Assembly (NCBI RefSeq): GCF_006345805.1
Contig: NC_043023.1
Location: 5,580,001-5,644,000 of the forward strand
From: Octopus sinensis
Lineage: Eukaryota
Length of the DNA: 64,000 nt
Reading direction: 5' to 3'
Position 1 is the first letter of the stretch; every line of letters begins with the position of its first letter. The notes under the pieces are model-generated. The model saw only the letters and a list, made by a program, of their open reading frames with translations. It was not told the origin of the DNA and did not search any database. Below, one piece after another: positions 11,969-24,511 of this stretch. The translations under genes and the position numbers were made by a program.

Positions 11969-12967
11969 TTCTACACCTATGATGGTGCATCTCTTCTTTG
12001 TTCCTGACTAAAAATAGACTAAAAAAAAGAACTGGTTGATTTATTCAGCTAAAAATTCTTCAAGGTTTTGCTCCATCATGGTCGCAATCTAAGTGCAGAA
12101 ACAAGTAAAAAGACAAAAGATATATGCATTTCACTGACGAGGTCTAATAATACTGAAGCATAGCTAACATTGTTACTACAACCAAAGATCTGTTATTCAA
12201 TGTATTTGTTTTTAATTGTTATTGTCTCCTCTTGTTTATATTGCTCAGAATTTGTGCCTTTGTATTTGTCCCTTACTATTATTGCTTGACTGATAGTTCT
12301 GCTTTGTTTATGACCCCATAACTCAGCAGTTGGCAAAGAGACTGATAGAATATGTACTGGGTTTAAAAAAATAAGTGCTAGGGTCAGTTTGTTTCTCCAC
12401 CCTTTTTTTAACCTACACCCCCAAGGAAACTGGGTTATTTTCAGCTAAACTTACATTACTTTCCCCTCCCCTGAAATTGCTGGCCTTGTGCCAAAAGTTG
12501 AAACCATTATTATTGAATGTTAGAAGCACTATCTGAGCATGATCGCTGCCAGGGCTGCTGAGTGGCTCCCATGCTGGTGGCACATAAAAAGCACCATTTG
12601 AGCATGATCGTTACCAACGTCGCCTTACTGGCACTTGTGCCAGTGGCATGTGAAAAGCAACATTCGAGCGAGGTCATTGCCAGTGCCGCTGGACTAGCTC
12701 CTGTGTAGGTGGCACATAAAAAACACCATTTGAGCATGGACGTCACCAGTACTGCCTGACTGGCCTTCGTATTGGTGGCACGTAAAAGCACTCACTACAC
12801 TCTCGGAGTGGTTGGCATTAGGAAGGACATCCATCTCTAGAAACTCTGCCAGATCAGATTGGAGCCTGGTGCAACCTTCTGGCTCGCCAGTCCTCAGTCA
12901 AACCATCCAACCCATGATAGCATGGAAAGTGGACATTAAACAATAATGAATAATAATAATAATATAG

Positions 12968-13135
12968 TCGCAGGAGTGGTTGTGTGGTAAGTAGCTTGTT
13001 TACCAACCACATGGTTCCAGGTTCAGTCCCACAGTGTGGCACCTTGGGCAAGTGTCTTCCACTATAGCCTTGGGCCGACCAAACCCTTGTGAGTGGATTT
13101 GGTAGATGGAAACTGAAAGAAGCCCGTCATATATA

Positions 13136-13176
<41 letters not shown>

Positions 13177-13295
13177 CAATAAATGGTGGGGTTGTATGTG
13201 TGTATATGTTTGTGTGTCTTGTGTGTATATGTTTGTTTGTCCCACCCCAACATCGCTTGACAACTGATGCTGGTGTGTTTACGTCCCTGTAACTT
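12968..13295 (+). mobile_element. SINE family A, 3' truncated
   Basis: Head plus central (TA)n. Confidence 0.82.
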
Positions 13296-13572
13296 ATTAA
13301 TAATAGTAGTTGTTGTTGTTGTTATTATTAAGGTTTTGAACTGACAGAATCGTTAGCACACCTGTCAAATTGTGTTGCAGCACTTTGTTCATCTTTACAA
13401 ATGAGTTCAAATTCTACCAAGGTCCACTTTGCCTTTCATCCTTTTGGGGTCAATAAGTACCAATGTTATCGACTCTCCTCCTCCCACCAAAATTGCTGGC
13501 CTTGTGCCAAAATTCGAAACCATTGTCGTTATTAACATATTTTGTTTTCTGTTTTCTTTTCTTTCCATTTAG

Positions 13573-13623
13573 GGCTCAATCAGTGAACCCGGTTTAGGGC
13601 TGTTGTCATGGTGGAACTCCTGA
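13573..13623 (+). CDS. POLR3H: RPC8 last coding exon with stop
   Basis: CATTTAG acceptor; GSISEPGLGLLSWWNS-TGA is the conserved RPC8 C-terminus. Confidence 0.95.
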   Translation, partial: GSISEPGLGLLSWWNS

Positions 13624-13909
13624 TGATACCAAAGACTCTTCTCACACATAAACATGCACATATATGATGATGTGTATGCCTGTCCTGTTGGATGTGGGTT
13701 ATGGGGCCTAAGAGACAGTCATGCCAACACTCCCAACTACTCACTTGAGCCTAGTGTTCGTATATGTGTGTGTGTATTTGAAAGGTAAACAATGTGAGAT
13801 ATAAGAAAAAAAAATGCAAGTTGATCGTTTGTATTTTTACCTTGTATTTCAATGTTTTGGGTTTAGCACCCCTTCTTCATGAAATCCTTGAAAATATGGG
13901 TGTTAAGGA

Positions 13910-13915
13910 AATAAA
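13910..13915 (+). terminator. Candidate POLR3H polyadenylation signal
   Basis: AATAAA about 290 nt after the stop; position only, in AT-rich DNA. Confidence 0.3.
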
Positions 13916-14525
13916 TTAAAAGTATTTATCTATATCAGACAATGCTTCATGAAAACTGTACCACTATAATACATTCACACATATGTATCATCATTTAACA
14001 TCCAGCATGGGAAGCAGGCATTAAATGGTAGTAAATATATATATACATATGCTTGTATATGTATGTATATACATGCACACAAAACCCTCATCTTTCATAA
14101 AGAAAAATCATGACTTTGACTTATTTATTTTCTGTACAGACAATTTAAATCCTTTGTAAAAAAAAAAAGGCAAAATGAAACCTGATTAAAACACACACAC
14201 ACACTTATGTATATCAATGTGTGTGTGTGTATATTCTAAAATTTTGCTACTATTGCATCTTGTGTTATTTTATTCATGTCTGAGTGTGTTATTGTGCTTG
14301 ATCAAGATGTTAAGAAGTCACATGAACTCTTATTTTATTGAAATTTTCCTTCATAGACTGAGAAAGCAAACCAAAACCTAGCGGTGATTGGTAACAACTG
14401 TCAGTGAGAAAGGGAAATATATTTGTCTTGATGAGGGACAGCTATACCCTTGTTTTTACCTTTCACTTGTTTCACATATTAGACTGAGGCCATGCTGGGG
14501 CACTGCTGTGAAGTTTTAGAGGGTC

Positions 14526-15377
14526 GTGGTGAAGTGTGGTGAAACCATCTAATAACGACTCCGTTCAAAAGGATGGAATAATACATGTAATGAACCAGTG
14601 AGGAAAGAGAGAGAGACACAACCAAGTAGAATGTTCAAGAGATTTATTGATATGTTAACTTGTGTGTCTGTGTGTCCGTCATGAGAACAAAGTGTATGTG
14701 TGCAGACAAGGATGTATGCGTGTAGGTTAAGTACATATAAGATTAGTAATGAAGGAGAAAGTGAAAAAGTCTATAATGAGAAGTTAGATGAATATTCACA
14801 GACACAAGAATGAGAAATATCAGTTCGTAGTCAATTGTACGCAGTGTTAGAAATACTGTATCAAGAAGTTGTGGCTACGATGCAGAGCCTGTTGTGGTAC
14901 ATGTCGTACAAAGTTGTGGCTGTAATGCTACTACCTGGATCACTTGTACAGGAGTTCTTGCAGGTTGTATATTCTCTGTTAACCATGGTGAAGTAATTCA
15001 CAAACAGTGCTGTGTTGGAACCTGTGCAGTGTTGCTTGAGCTGTGTACATAGAGAGATGATGTTGACAACATTAAGAAGATGATGGTGGCGACAAAGAAA
15101 GAGATTGCTGTTGGACAGGTTGTCTGGCATTGTTGCTGGAACTGGCTGTGTCTTGTGTGGTCAGTGGCTAGACCTTAAAAGATCTTGGCCAAAGACCTTG
15201 AGATGAGGAGAAGGTGAGTTTTTATAAGTAACAGTAGGCTCAAATGGGGTTGAGAAAAGGCTGTCTCATGTTATCTTATTGGTTATAGTCTCTGATTGGT
15301 TATATGCTGCATATTGGCGTGACAGAGTAAGAAACAAATTGCACCAATACCAACCAATGAGAGTAGTGGACACAACA
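14526..15377 (-). mobile_element. Solo LTR
   Basis: GGGTC duplicated at 14521-14525 and 15378-15382; ends (T)GTGGTG...CACAACA; minus-strand AATAAA at 14643-14648. Confidence 0.7.
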
Positions 15378-16148
15378 GGGTCCAAATAGTGGCCAAAGGC
15401 TAGCTGTTATCTGCTACTTTCAAATGTATGTATATATAATAAAGAGGAGAGGAATTTCATTTGAGTGGATGCTACAAAGTTGACACCAGTAATTTTAATT
15501 TTATCAGTCTCTTTTGCTGAACTGCTAATTTAGGGGGCTGTAAACACCAACACCAGTTGTCAAGTGGTGATAAGAGACAAACAATGACAAAGGCACACAC
15601 ACACACACATGGTGGTCTTCTTTCAGTTTCCATCTACCAAATCCACTCTCAAGGCTATGGTCACCTCCAGGTTATAGTAGAAGACATTTGCCAAAGGTGC
15701 CATGCAGTGGGACTGAACTCAGAACCATGTGTTTAGGAAGCAGATTTTTTATCACTGAGCCACACCTCTTATGCATGCATGTTTCAGCATTGTCTGACCT
15801 CATCAGTAAAACCCCAAATTTACCCACCCCAACCCTGTAATGAAAAATATGTTATATTGTACAACAAACAAAATGAAGAACTTTATAATGAGATAGACTC
15901 GAGGGACAGAGCGACGAAAGTGGATGTAACAGGAGTAAGGGGGTTGTCAAAGTACATTCTCTGTGCGGTGGCAGACCCAAAGTATCTTTTGAGATTAAAG
16001 GATAATGTGGAAGACTTTGACTGTAAGTGGTGGGTCAAGAAAATAGACACCAGCACAATGCCAGAACGGGTAAGCTATTTTGATATTTTAAAGTATAACA
16101 TAGGCATTCTGCGGAAAAGTGGAGACTAGCTGTTGCAAATGGTGTTAT

Positions 16149-17764
16149 TTATATATATAAAGCTGAAGTTGTCTGTGTATGGCAGGTTTGGTAGCCTTCA
16201 ACTAATACTATCTCCTCCGAGACCCTGCAGCACAAGTTGGATGTTGTTTACCTGGACTTTGCTAAGGCTTTTAACTTTGTCCCACACAAAAGACTTATGG
16301 TGAAGCTTTCTGCGTTGGGTGTAAGAGACGAACTCTATAACTGGTTGAAGTCCTTTATTTTCAGCCGAAAAGAGGTTGTCACAGTTCTAGGACAGCACTC
16401 TTCGCCCTATGAGATGACATCTGGTGTACCACAGAGATCTGTTCTTGGCCCCCTTTTATTTGTTGCATATGTTAATGACATAGATGCCAACTTAAAGAAT
16501 GCCACAGTGCTGAAATATGCAGATGACATCAAGCTGTACCTCGAAATAAAGAGGTCAAATCCTGTACACTATAGATCTCTATTGCAAGCAGACCTGGACA
16601 CAATGCAGCAGTGGATCATGGACTGGCAACTCAAGCTGGCTGTGGACAAATGTACCAACATGCATTTTGGGAGGAGAAACCCAGTGTCCACCTACTCCCT
16701 CCACAACACTAGTCTCAAAAAGTCTTCATGCGAACGTGACCTGGGTATTATTGTCGACAGTGATTTGCGTTGGACAAAACACATCGCTAAAATTGTCAAG
16801 AAGGCTGAGGGTGTCTTGGCATCACTCACTAAATCCTTTGTGAGCCGCTCTCCGGCTATCTATCTGCGGCTTTATATAGCTGTGGTAAGACCTCACCTGG
16901 AATTTGCATCACCGGTCTGGAACCCCTATCTTACCCAGGATATCAATCGTCTGGAAGCTGTTCAGCGACGTGCAACCAAAAGAATACCCTCCATCAGGCA
17001 TTTGCCATATCCTGAACGCCTTACTTCTCTGGGCATGGACACATTGAAACTCCGATGTCTGGCAGCTGACTTGGCAGACACACATAAAATTATCAACCAT
17101 CGTACAAACAATAACTCTGAGGACCTTTTCAAACTCCACCCATCTAACACTCGTGGACATATTTACAAAGTAAGAAAACAGCACAGCTCCCATGACTTCA
17201 GAAAACATTTTTTCACACTGAGAGTTGCTGAAGCATGGAACAAACTGCCGGCATCAGTTGTTAGTTGTCGGAGCACTGCATCCTTCAAAACTTCCATGCT
17301 TCCTGAGATTCGCCAACACTACACTTGATTTTCTCCCCTCCATACACACACAAGCATGTATCTGACTCATACACTGTTCACTTCCCAGACATTTATATAT
17401 TACTGCATGCACTCTCTGACAAGTTGTGGTGCACCTGAGCACTGTATACAATAATTTCATTATTATATATATAAAATTGAGAGTATGATAGAAGGCTTGC
17501 TCTTCATTCCGTTGGAGATAAAATTCAAATCGGACCATGTTAACACCAAAAATTCTTTACGTCAAAAAGGTGTTTTTTTGCTATGAAAATCCCTATTTTT
17601 AACGATTTTTTGACTGCTGTGTCACCATTTTTCGGTGTATTTCAACCAGAAAAATGTTCACTTAAAGAGAATAACAAGCTAAATAATGCAAAAGTTTTGC
17701 TTTTCAAAAATTCCAATTCTAAAGGGTCGAAACAAACCTGAGCAACGCCGGGTGATACTGCTAG
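16149..17764 (+). mobile_element. Non-autonomous Helitron interrupted by the LINE
   Basis: TATATAAAGCTGAAG start; 3' hairpin then ATACTGCTAG|T; colinear with the intact copy at 61422-61814. Confidence 0.82.
16240..17470 (+). mobile_element. 5'-truncated CR1/L2-type LINE, reverse transcriptase
   Basis: Open frame to 17328 with YLDFAKAF, GVPQRSVLGPLLF, YADD, RPHLEFASPVWNP, WNKLP; ATT/AT tail. Confidence 0.95.
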
Positions 17765-18119
17765 TAAATAATATTGTAAACTAGTGTTCTAAAAAAGAAG
17801 TTGTATTAACAGGTTCAATGAAGTCGGTTGGAGGTGGGACCGAATGGCTTCATTTCATTTTCCATTATTATCTAATTCAGCTTTTCCATTTGTTTTTTTC
17901 CCCCCTTTCCCACCATGTGCTGTTCCCTCTGTGTAAGGCTGTAATAGCCAGTATCATGAAATAAAGAAGCTTGATTTCCAACCAGGTCCAGTCCCTCTGG
18001 ACATCACCTTGGGCAAGTATGTTCTCCTTTATCTTCAGACCAACCAAAGCCTTGCAAGTGGATTTGGTAGGCGGAAACTGAAAAGAAGCCTGTCGTGTGT
18101 GTGTATGTATATATATATA

Positions 18120-18390
18120 TATCAACGTGACCGACCCGGCTATCAGATGTTGTTACACATCGCTGGTGACAATGCGCTTCGCATTGTTTTAGCCTTCAGA
18201 TGATGCCACAGAAGAAAGAGTGAGAGAAAGCTGTGGCGAAAGATTACAGCAGGGATCGCCACCATCCCCTGCTGGAGCCTCGCAGGGCTATTAGGTGTTT
18301 TCGCTCAATAAACACATACAACGCCCGGTCTGGGAATCGAAATCGCGATCTTCTGACCGCGAGTCCGCTGCCCTAACCACTGGGCCATTG
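18120..18390 (-). mobile_element. tRNA-derived SINE family C
   Basis: Reverse complement of 42270-42560. Confidence 0.85.
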
Positions 18391-18401
18391 CCCCCCCCCC
18401 C

Positions 18402-18436
<35 letters not shown>

Positions 18437-18824
18437 TATTCACACACTCATAACTGGCTTCTTTATATATGTATATATGTCAGTATGTTTATGTCAAACT
18501 GTCCAACCCGTGCCAGCAATGAACAACGGACGTTAAATGATGATGGTGTGTTTGTGTACGTGTGTATCTTTGTATTTGTGGTTTGTCTCGCAGCCCTCCA
18601 CTTGACAACGAGCGTTGGTTTGTTTACGTTCCTGTAACGTAGCACTTCGAGAAAAGAAACCGGTAGAATAAGTACCAGGCTTTAAAATATATATTGGTGC
18701 CGAGGTTGGTTTGTGTCGGCTAAAATTCTTCAAGCGGTGCACCAGCATGGCCGCAGTACATTGACTGAAACGAGTGACGATGAAAGGTAAGCTTTTTTTG
18801 TGTGCGCGTAGTTTCATTGACTGA

Positions 18825-18955
18825 ATGACGTTAACACCTGAGAGAGTAATGTTTAATAGTGAGTGAGTGTGGGAGGAAAGGTAGGAGTGAAATACGTAGT
18901 CATGTAGAGAGGGGCGGAGGAAGGGCTATACGACGAGGGAAGACGTCATTGGAGT
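18825..18955 (+). promoter_or_regulatory. Candidate HID1 promoter elements
   Basis: GC box GGGGCGGAG 18911-18919, CRE-like GACGTCAT 18942-18949, reverse CCAAT 18948-18952, TGACGT near 18827; local CpG enrichment just before the purine-rich leader. Confidence 0.3.
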
Positions 18956-19844
18956 AGTGAATGAAATAGTCGTAGAGAGAGTAGAGAAGGAGGAGGAGGA
19001 GGAGACTAAAGTCAATGACACTGCGGGGTAAGAGTTAAAGCGGGAGTGAATTACATAAAAACAGAGAGGCGGAGGAAGAGAGAGAAAGTGAAAGTTGATA
19101 ATATCGTCGGAGGGGTATGAGTCGAGGAAGGAGTAAATTACAACTTGATATAGCGGGGGTGGAGGAAGGATGAGGAGGCAAGTCAATAATAGTGTAGAAA
19201 GAAAGAGAGTTAAGTAGGGAGTAAATTAGAGAGTGATTGAGAGAGGAGAGCTAGAGAGAGAAGGTGAGAGTAACTGTTACTGTGAGAGGAGGAGTGATAG
19301 TGAATGAGTGTGAGTTGCGGAATAATATAGAGGGAAGAGGTAAGTTAAGAGAGAGGAGAGCTAGAAAGAGAAGGTGAGAGTAAATGTTACTGTGAGAGGA
19401 GGAGTGATAGTGAATGAGTGTGAGTTAGAGGGAAGAGGTAAATTAAGAGAGAGGAATGAGTCAAGGGTTTATGAGTGATGTAAAGAGGTGGAGAGGAGAG
19501 AAAAGGTGAAAGTCAATAACTTAGAGAGGGAAATAAGAAAGGTGGGAGAGAAACAGAGAAAGGCAAGGATTCAGTGGGAGTAAGAAAAAGAGGGACACAT
19601 ACACGCTGGCAGAGATAAAGAGGCATTTATACATACATAGATAGACAGATACATACATATAGAGAGGAGGAGTGAGAGAGTGGGATATACATACGCAGGT
19701 ACAAATAAACAGGCAGATATAGATACTTGCACAGAAAGACGGACACGTACATTTGCACAGAAAGACGGACACGTACATTTGCACAGCCACACAAGCAGAG
19801 AGAGAGAGAGAGAGAGGCAATGATATAGTATAGAAAGAAAAAGA

Positions 19845-20345
19845 GAGAGAGAAAGAGAGGCAAAGATATATTATGGAAAGAAAAAGAGAGAGAGAGAAAG
19901 AGAGGCAAAGATATATTATGGAAGGAAAAAGAGAGAGAGAGAAAGAGAGGCAAAGATATATTATGGAAGGAAAAAGAGAGAGAGAGAAAGAGAGGCAAAG
20001 ATATATTATGGAAGGAAAAAGAGAGAGAGAGAAAGAGAGGCAAATATATATTATGGAAGGAAAAAGAGAGAGAGAGAAAGAGAGGCAAAGATATATTATG
20101 GAAGGAAAAAGAGAGAGAGAGAAAGAGAGGCAAAGATATATTATGGAAGGAAAAAGAGAGAAGAGAAAGAGAGGCAAAGATATATTATGGAAAGAAAAAG
20201 AGAGAGAGAGAAAGAGAGGCAAAGATATATTATGGAAGGAAAAAGAGAGAGAGAGAAAGAGAGGCAAAGATATATTATGGAAGGAAAAAGAGAGAGAGAG
20301 AAAGAGAGGCAAAGATATATTATGGAAGGAAAAAGAGAGAGAGAA
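19845..20345 (+). repeat. 45-bp purine-rich minisatellite, about 11 units
   Basis: GAAGGAAAAAGAGAGAGAGAGAAAGAGAGGCAAAGATATATTATG; 15-codon unit produces ORF 19873-20358. Confidence 0.92.
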
Positions 20346-20553
20346 AAATATAATCTGAGGGAAAGGGAGAGAGAGAAGGGGAGGTTAATGAAATAGACGG
20401 AAGAAGAAAGAGTGAGAAGGAAAATTTAATGAAGTAGACGGAGGAAGAAGAGATAGAAAGAGTAGAAGATTAGAGCATGCGAGGGTGATAGAGAGAGTAT
20501 GTTTCAGTGAGTGAGGGTGAGACAAGGTAGAGAGTGTGAGTGTGAGAGTCAGA

Positions 20554-20619
20554 ATGGGGAACACAGACAGCAAACTGAATTTTAGGAAAGCTGTCATTCA
20601 ACTGACCACAAAAACACAG
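20554..20619 (+). CDS. HID1: HID1 first coding exon
   Basis: MGNTDSKLNFRKAVIQLTTKTQ then GTATGT; conserved HID1 N-terminus with the Gly2 myristoylation motif. Confidence 0.95.
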
Positions 20620-22502
20620 GTATGTATAGATTTACGGGTGTATATATACATATACATACATACATATATATATATATATGTTAATTGATATATATATATA
20701 TATATGTGTATGTGTATGACAGAGGGGTATGGAGATATACATGTGTAGGTGTATATATATATATATATATGGGGGTATATATATATATATATATATATAT
20801 ACACCCCCATATATATGTATATTATATATAATACAATATTTATAGAGGTGGCTGATGCGTGTTTGTACACACACACGCATGATAGGGGTTACCTTCTCTC
20901 TCTCTCTCTATATATATATATATAATTATAATTTAGGGTATCTAAGAGATACCATCACGCTAGAAATAGCAGTCAAAACCTGACCCTAAAACCACACTAA
21001 ATGTTCATACAGCACCAGGAGATAAATTTATATATTTCTTTCGTCGTTGTATATACTTATATATATATAAATTTACTTATATATATTTATATATACTTAT
21101 TTATATATATTATATATACTTATATATATATAAACATGTGTGTTAGGACGATGTATATTTACAGAGGACTATAGTTATATATGGGCATTCACACATTTAC
21201 ACGTGTGTATACGGATATATATATATATATACGTATGTATACACACGTGTAAATACCCATATACATTATAGGCTAATATACACAAGGCTGTCTGCCTCAC
21301 TGTGTAGACGGTCAACGAGCCTGCAAGAAATAGCAGCAGTGTCTCTCTGGAACCACACCCTGTTATTTGTATAAAAGAGAAGATATCACAGAAGGTAGTC
21401 TTAGGTATGCAATAAGCTGGGATGTTCACGGTTGGATGGGACACTTTGATTACAGGTTTGCATAATCGTAACTAACCTGGTTCTAAACAATAGAGACACG
21501 TACATAAAGACACTTGTAGAGGTCTGTGTATATGTATGTATATATACATATATATAAAACTTAATGATAAAGTTGAAGTGAAGATATATATAGTGCGTGT
21601 ATATACACACATATACACGTACACACGTATAAATTTATATAATGATATATATATATATATGTATATAAAATTTATTTTGGTAGTTTTGACTTTAAGAGTC
21701 CCTCCTAGCGTGTGGCATTTATGTATAGTAATGCCCTCAATATATATATGTATATATATATATATGTATGTATACATTGCTCTACATCTTAGTGTACTTC
21801 TTTCGGATTTATGTTTTTACAAACGATATATATATGTGTATGTGTGTGTATATATTTCTGCGCACACATAAATGCTTATCTTTGTGTGTGTATATGTATG
21901 TGTTTGTCTGTGTATATATATATATATATATATTGATGGCTTTGTCTTTTTCCTTTCTTCGATCTCGATTCTATTATCTTTGGTTTGGGATTTATATTTT
22001 AATATGGAATATTTACAATAGATGAGATCGACTTTGTCTTTCATACTTTCGGGGTTAAACCCTGGGGATCGATTTAACCCACCCTCCAAATTGCTGGCCT
22101 TGTGCCAAAACTTGAATCGAATATTTAAGATAAATAGATCGATATACAGATAAATAGATATACGTATTTGTACATAGGTATGGTGTGCGTGTATACTTAC
22201 ATATACACACTATATACACATAGGTATGTATTGACTGTATGTATACATACAGTCTGTTAATGGCTAGCAAACCGAAAGTTCGAAGTCACTAAACATTCAT
22301 TAATACGTATATACTCTACATCTGTCACTGTGTTAATATACACACGCATAAAATTCTCTATATACACACACATGTATCTTATCTGTTTCTCTCTACACAC
22401 AGCGATGATGCATTAAGATGTAAACATATTTTCGTACGTTCGTGTGTGGGTGGGTCCATGTATGTATGTGTCAATTGCCTTTATGTATATATATATATAT
22501 AA

Positions 22503-22550
<48 letters not shown>

Positions 22551-22555
<5 letters not shown>

Positions 22556-22779
22556 GAAGAAATGAGGTACTCAGAAATCTGGATGGTTTTATATTTACAG
22601 ATATTTATTAGTATGTTACATGTTTTTATAAATCTTATATCATATAATTTGAAAACTCCACTAGAGTGGACGAAAGCGCTAATATATGATATATGATTTA
22701 TAAAAACATGTAATATACAAATAAATATCTCTAAATATGAAAGCCATCAAGATTTCTGAGTACCTCATTTCTTCTAATA
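22551..22779. repeat. Fold-back inverted repeat with about 95-bp arms
   Basis: TTAGAAGAAATGAGGTACTCAGAAATC... mirrored by ...GATTTCTGAGTACCTCATTTCTTCTAA. Confidence 0.85.
22641..22690 (+). ncRNA. Degenerate hammerhead-like cassette with U3-A8 core at the tip of a fold-back element
   Basis: UUGAAAA-cUCCAC-UAGA-GUGGAc-GAAA-GCGC-UA; C.C mismatch at the base of stem II; palindrome arms act as stem I. Confidence 0.45.
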
Positions 22780-22807
22780 TATAATTGCTGTACATCATCT
22801 CCAAATC

Positions 22808-22886
<79 letters not shown>

Positions 22887-23017
22887 ACACATATATATAA
22901 CATACGTGTATATGTGTATTGGCTGTATATATATTTGCGTGTATTTAATAGCTACATATGTTTATATTTATCGGGAGGATAATATATGCATATGCTGTTA
23001 TGCTGTGTGTCTACAAA

Positions 23018-23063
<46 letters not shown>

Positions 23064-23065
23064 CT

Positions 23066-23099
<34 letters not shown>

Positions 23100-23313
23100 A
23101 TAAATCTTATATATATATATATATATATAATATATATATATATAAACCTTATATATATATATATATATTGGTAAAAAACGGTAAGATAACAAAAGAAAGA
23201 AAGAGACCTCAATATTGTGTAAATAGAGGAAATTTATCTATAAAATAATATCGAGTAATGTAACATATTATTATATATATATATATATATATAAATCTTA
23301 TATATATATATAA

Positions 23314-23348
<35 letters not shown>

Positions 23349-23403
23349 GGCGGTGCCCCAGCATGGCCACAGCTCGTGAGCTGAAACTAGATAAAATAAT
23401 ATA

Positions 23404-23456
<53 letters not shown>

Positions 23457-23460
23457 AATC

Positions 23461-23492
<32 letters not shown>

Positions 23493-23585
23493 TTTTATAG
23501 TATATCTTTTCTATATGGTGTGAATAACATCTTTCATTATTGAATTGTTTAATAGAGGTTTTCTCTAAATTATATATATACATAC

Positions 23586-23623
<38 letters not shown>

Positions 23624-24250
23624 GTGTGTGTGTACTCGCGCCCACTCATTTCCTCTATATAGACGTGTGCGTATATTTTTGTATACATAGACACACATCT
23701 GTGTACGATTATTATACGTTCGTTCAGGACCGTTTTTTCAGCTTTAGAGGTCTGCAGTTTTTATTTATTAACAGAAACCCCACACCATATTTAAATTAAA
23801 AACTGCCCCTCCCCCACTGTGCAATTGTTTAGTAAGGCCATGCCTTTTGACGGCGCTGTGTACGCCCTCAATTTAAATCCCATCAAGGGACGTGAGGGGT
23901 CTTTACGATAGCCAGGAGCAAAGTGCAACCTGCAGGACTTCCTGAAAGGCACGCCAACGCAATATTATTACCCTAAATATTTTTAGTGGTGCGGTTCGTC
24001 TGATGATGAGCCATATCTTATGCGGCCCTCTTCTTGGAAAAAGTTGCCCCTGCCTGTTAAAGAGGTCACTGCACCTGCTAGAAATAACTGCCGGACGTCC
24101 CTTGAAGCACATTTTACTTTCGGGGGATGTAGTCTAGGGCATCTTTTATCTTGTTTTAGTCACTGGGCTGTGACCATGCTGTGGCATCACCTCGAATGGT
24201 TGTAGTTGAACAAATCGACCCCAGTACTTATTTTTTGTTTTCTTTTCAAG

Positions 24251-24511
24251 GTGCAGGAGTGGCTGTGTGGTAAGTAGCTTGTTTACCAACCACATGGTTC
24301 CGGGTTCAGTCCTACTGCGTGGCACCTTGGACAAGTGTCTTCTACTATAGCCTCAGGCCGACCAAAGCCTTGTGAGTGGATTTGGTAGACGGAAACTGAA
24401 AGAAGCCCGTCGTATATATGTATATGTGTATAAGTCCTGGGGTCGAGTTGCTTGATTAAAGGCGGTGCTCCAGCATGGCCGCAGTCAAATGACTGAAACA
24501 AGTAAAAGAGA
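24251..24511 (+). mobile_element. SINE family A, internally deleted
   Basis: Head joined directly to the 3' AAGTCCTGGGGTCG segment. Confidence 0.82.

Noticed and set aside
12131-12170. CUGACGA hammerhead-like motif
   Set aside because: GAAA has become GAAG and stem I is absent. Similar unsupported relics lie near 13850-13885, 31340-31375, 34060-34092 and 36640-36678.
21175-21500. Nested minus-strand gene in HID1 intron 1
   Set aside because: Unique sequence, but no recognisable protein and no consistent exon chain.
24001-24090. Box C/D snoRNA in HID1 intron 1
   Set aside because: ATGATGA is present but there is no downstream CTGA box D or terminal stem.
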